A model generated the notes under the pieces. That model was not told where the DNA came from and made no database searches. It saw only the letters and a list, made by a program, of their open reading frames with translations. Positions 60,191-64,000 of a stretch of 64,000 nt of DNA are shown here, in pieces (within the stretch, counting starts at the first letter, position 1; every line of letters begins with the position of its first letter). A program made the translations under genes and the position numbers. The stretch comes from Eledone cirrhosa (lineage: Eukaryota). The stretch is from the NCBI GenBank assembly GCA_964016885.1, contig OZ024743.1:10478001-10542000 (forward strand). Reading direction: 5' to 3'.

Positions 60191-60827
60191 ACATCAATGA
60201 TTACATCATATTGTACTCAGGTGCCTATTTCACCTGTGTTACAAGATTTTTACATGGAAAGAAATTTATAGTTTAGTCAGTGTCCAAAATTAATGGCTAC
60301 ATTATTAAAATAAACCCACACACCTATAACAAAAATACACATACTAAAATAGCCATAAAAATATCTTCTCAACTAAGGTAGGAATGTACATCTTCAGAGA
60401 TGGATAGAAATTCACAGCAGTTTAAAACTATATGAATAGGTTTTTTGCCTTGTTGCTTAGCTGATGAAAACTTGTAATTAACCAGATAACTTTCCATTGT
60501 TAACTCTATGAATGATATTATATTATAATTTTTGTGCACCTTCTTATAACCATTTATTTCATGATCTCTATTTATGCAACAAACAAACTGCATCAGTTTT
60601 TAGCTGTTGGGACACTGCATCCTTCAAAACATTGATGCTTCCCAAAATTCGCTAACACTACACCTGATATTCTCCCTCCATACACACGCATGCATGTATC
60701 TGTGTGTATATCATGACTCATACACTGTTCACTTTCTTCATATTTGTACATTATTCTATTTACTATACATGCACCTTTAATGCGTTGTAGTGCACCTGAG
60801 CACTGTAAACAATAATATTCATTATTA

Positions 60828-61005
60828 TTGGCAGTATTGGTAGAGGGTCAGGCACCATGATTATCAGCATAGTTACATGCCTTTACGAGTTCAAATCCCG
60901 CCGAGGTTAACTTTGCCTTTCATCCTTTCAGGGTCGCTAAAATAAAGTACCAGTAATGCACTGGGATAATTTCTGGCCTTGTGCCAAAAGTAGAAACAAT
61001 TATTA
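60828..61005 (+). mobile_element. Nin/Deu-domain SINE
   Basis: B box gttcaaatcc, gcctttcatcctttcagggtcgctaaaataaagtaccag, and an ATT tail. Confidence 0.85.
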
Positions 61006-61309
61006 TTTCAGAACCTCATAGTCAAATCATTTTGTGTTAATCTCATTTTAAAATTGCTATTCTCAATTTCAAATCAAAAAATCTCATTTAGAAATCTTTA
61101 ATCTCACTTAAATTTCTAAAGCCTCACTTTGAACTGATAAGTTCTCACTTAGAATTACAACTAACTGCATGATTATATTAACATACAATTATATATTTCA
61201 GGGATATAGAAATATTAGAGATATACCAGTAAATATATATTGGCCTAGCTTACCTAAGAAATGATGGTATGATATGCTGGGTAATAATATAATCTTAATG
61301 AATTTCAGT

Positions 61310-61642
61310 GGAGCCACATGGCTTAGTGGTTAGAGCATTGACCTTGCAATCAAAAGGTTGTGAGTTCAATTCTCAGACCGGGTGATGTGTTGTTTCCTTG
61401 AGCAAGATACTTTATTTCACATTGCTCCAGTTTACTCAGCTGTAGAAATGAGATGATAGGGACTGGGGTCTCTATCATTCCACTGCAAAGTGATCGTGGA
61501 GGTGCCATGGCAAAAAAGCACCCATCACTCACTGTAAATGAGGTTGGTGTTAGGAAGGGCATCCAGCTGTAGAAATCAAGCCAGAATCAGTTCCTGTCCC
61601 ACCCCCGCAAGCAGGGAAAAGCGGACATAAAATGATGATGAT
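61310..61642 (+). mobile_element. tRNA-derived SINE of the 22165 family
   Basis: Colinear with 22165-22496. Confidence 0.92.
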
Positions 61643-62029
61643 TGCTTAGTTACCCGTAACTTTTTACATGGCAAGCAGACAAGACAGGAATTAAACATTT
61701 TCTAAGAAATACATATCACTACTGGTCTCAGTAGCAGTGGTTTATCTAAATAATGCAGGTATATTTTGATTGTAACTACAGGTATATCTGATAGTGGTCT
61801 GGCCTAATTTATGATTTCTTAGTGAAGTATTTCTTAGCACATATTTTAATACACTCATCAAACCATAATAGCATAGAAAAATTACTGTCCTCATCAAAAC
61901 ACTTATGAGTTTTCTTGACTTTGGTTAGTCTCAGGTTTCAGAAAACTAAATGTTGAATAGTTGACAGCTCAGATCCTGTCTTAAACACACAGCTCCACCA
62001 CAGAATCGAAGAGATAAAATAAAAATCCA

Positions 62030-62340
62030 ATTACCGACCTCTGCCCCTAATTTTCCTTATGCTGCCTGTACTTATAGATATATTTGTGCAGAGAGATGTT
62101 CATAATGGACAACACATTCAGAGAAGTAGCAGCTCTACCTGGAGTGACTTACTGATCTCTGAGCTACACACTCTATTGAGTAACTTTATTCCAAAGACGC
62201 TTCAGAAGGACCCCATTTCAGCTGCTTGTATTCGCAATCATATTCTCTCGATCATTACCCAAGATTCATGACCATATGTAAGGGTTGGTACAAATGCCAA
62301 ATTCAAGATAGCTAGTTTGGCTTTTACACCTACCTCCCTT
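62030..62340 (-). mobile_element. Old RTE fragment of a different subgroup (Expander/Rex3-like)
   Basis: VPTLTYGHESWVMIERI*LRIQAAEMG on the minus strand. Confidence 0.7.
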
Positions 62341-62771
62341 ATTCTGATGAGTGAAGGCTACAATGAGTCAAGCAAAGTGTGGCTCTGAAAAAGCCTAGTT
62401 TTGTGTATCTGAGAAAAGTACTAAATTGATGACTGGTGTGAATAAGACAACTAAGACACTGCAATATGGTCAGAAAAAATAAAGGCATTCTACCACATTA
62501 TCCTTCACATGGAATAACAAAGGTGGCATTCAGGCCTTAGGTAGAGGGGCCTGTTTGAAAAATATATTGCAAGAACTGGCAATGGGCCTATGACCTGTCC
62601 TGGGAGGTGGTTAATGGGTGTACCAAGGTTGCATATTCTGAGACGCCAAGGTGGGTCCAGAAAGGAGCAAACCATTAACAATTGACAAAACAACTATGTT
62701 TCAATTAATTTTGAAAAGTTTGGAAGAATTTAATAAATGGACTGACTTTTTCATTATTAAGCTGATGTTTA

Positions 62772-62968
62772 TGGCAGTGGATTGGCAGAATCAGTAGAAC
62801 ATCAGACAACATGCTTCATGGCATAGTTAGTTTCACTGAGTGTAGCTTTGCCTTTCATCCTTATGGGCTCAATAAAATAAAGTACTTGCAACACACTGGG
62901 ATCAATTTGCTTGACTTTCCCTCCCACAAAAATTGTTGGCATTACACCTAGATCAGAAACCATTATTA
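62772..62968 (+). mobile_element. Decayed Nin/Deu-domain SINE; more decayed copies near 44200, 54300 and 56110
   Basis: ggcagtggattggcagaatcagtaga..gcctttcatcc..aataaaataaagtac. attattaagctgatgttta flanks both sides as a TSD. Confidence 0.8.
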
Positions 62969-63785
62969 AGCTGATGTTTAGAACATTACTTTACAAATAT
63001 TTCCAACATAAAATTATGATATATTTTGATATAAGCATGAGGATATTAAAATAGGTTATTTATATCATAGAAGTAAGGATAGTTTCAGGTGGGTTGGTAT
63101 CAAAAGGGTTAAATATAACTCCTTCACTTGTGGCTTCCTGGAGAAAGGGGAAATAATATGCCACCCACGTCAGTTGCCTAATTTGAACATGGTTGATTAC
63201 CCATCTGAATAGATCTATAGATTAAGTCACTATGAGAGAAATATAGAGAAGGATGATGGGTGAGAGACAAAAAAAGAAGAAAAAGAATGAGAGAGAGAGA
63301 GCAGGAAAGAGAAAGATAAGTGATCAGTTGTGTTTGCACAGTGTCCAATAGAGAAAACATACATGCAATTTTCACCAGTTAAGGTAGACCTTCAAAATAG
63401 TAAATGAACAGGAATAATCAATATTTGCTTAGATTAAATTTAGTAACTTTGCTTATTGCAGATTCCTAGAGAAAGAAGTTAAACACATTCTCACACACAC
63501 ACACATATATATATACAGAGAGAGAGAGGGGGGAGAGAGAGAGAATAAGGTTAAAACCAGCCTGATATATACATGGGTTGTGCTGACTGGTTATAGTGTC
63601 TACCAATTTATATGAAGATAGATGAAATTGCTAGGCAGTGTGATGAGGTTTACACTTTCCATCAAACACGCTCTACTCATTCCCATGCATAAAGGACTAC
63701 CTTGATTTGTGGTCTCCTTGGTCTCGGCACCACAGACTTTCAATGTATATATGTATAGCAAGGGTTGGATAGGTCTACATGAACC

Positions 63786-63859
63786 AAGTCAGTACTGAAG
63801 TGAGTATACAGCTGGGGGGTATAAGTCAGTACTGAAGTGAGTATACAGCTGGGGGGTAT
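63786..63859. repeat. 2 x 37-bp perfect tandem duplication
   Basis: aagtcagtactgaagtgagtatacagctggggggtat occurs twice. Confidence 0.9.
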
Positions 63860-64000
63860 GCATCTCGCTTGCATAGTCTTATATTCTATCAAGTGCACAG
63901 TAGAGATTATTATATCTTTGACAAAACTGAAGGGTTCACCCAACTATTTGTTTAGCAAGCTTTCTATGGGTGGATGCCCTTCCTATCTCCAATGCCTTTA

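Overview
This is AT-rich eukaryotic DNA dominated by repeats. The repeat inventory (RTE LINEs, tRNA-derived SINEs, long (TA)n tracts) suggests a coleoid cephalopod such as Octopus; that assignment is inference. No host protein-coding gene, rRNA or genuine tRNA could be supported. Roughly half of the window is 20+ copies of RTE-clade non-LTR retrotransposons from at least three families (here A, B, C), including three full-length copies (14579-18963, 36103-40480, 45597-50339). Most young copies sit in or against (TA)n microsatellites and end in (GAT)n tails. Their single ORF encodes an AP endonuclease and a reverse transcriptase with a C4HC3 PHD-type finger inserted inside the RT. The 3' UTRs carry a variable number of copies of a ~48-nt module predicted to form a pseudoknot plus hairpin, with compensatory base changes between families. 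The module is shared with a SINE and expanded to ~8 copies at 52.1-52.4 kb. Also present are minimal hammerhead ribozyme motifs in Penelope-like relics, Naiad-like PLE, R4/Dong and CRE fragments, Nin/Deu-domain SINEs and several foldback elements. All RNA structures are by-eye predictions.
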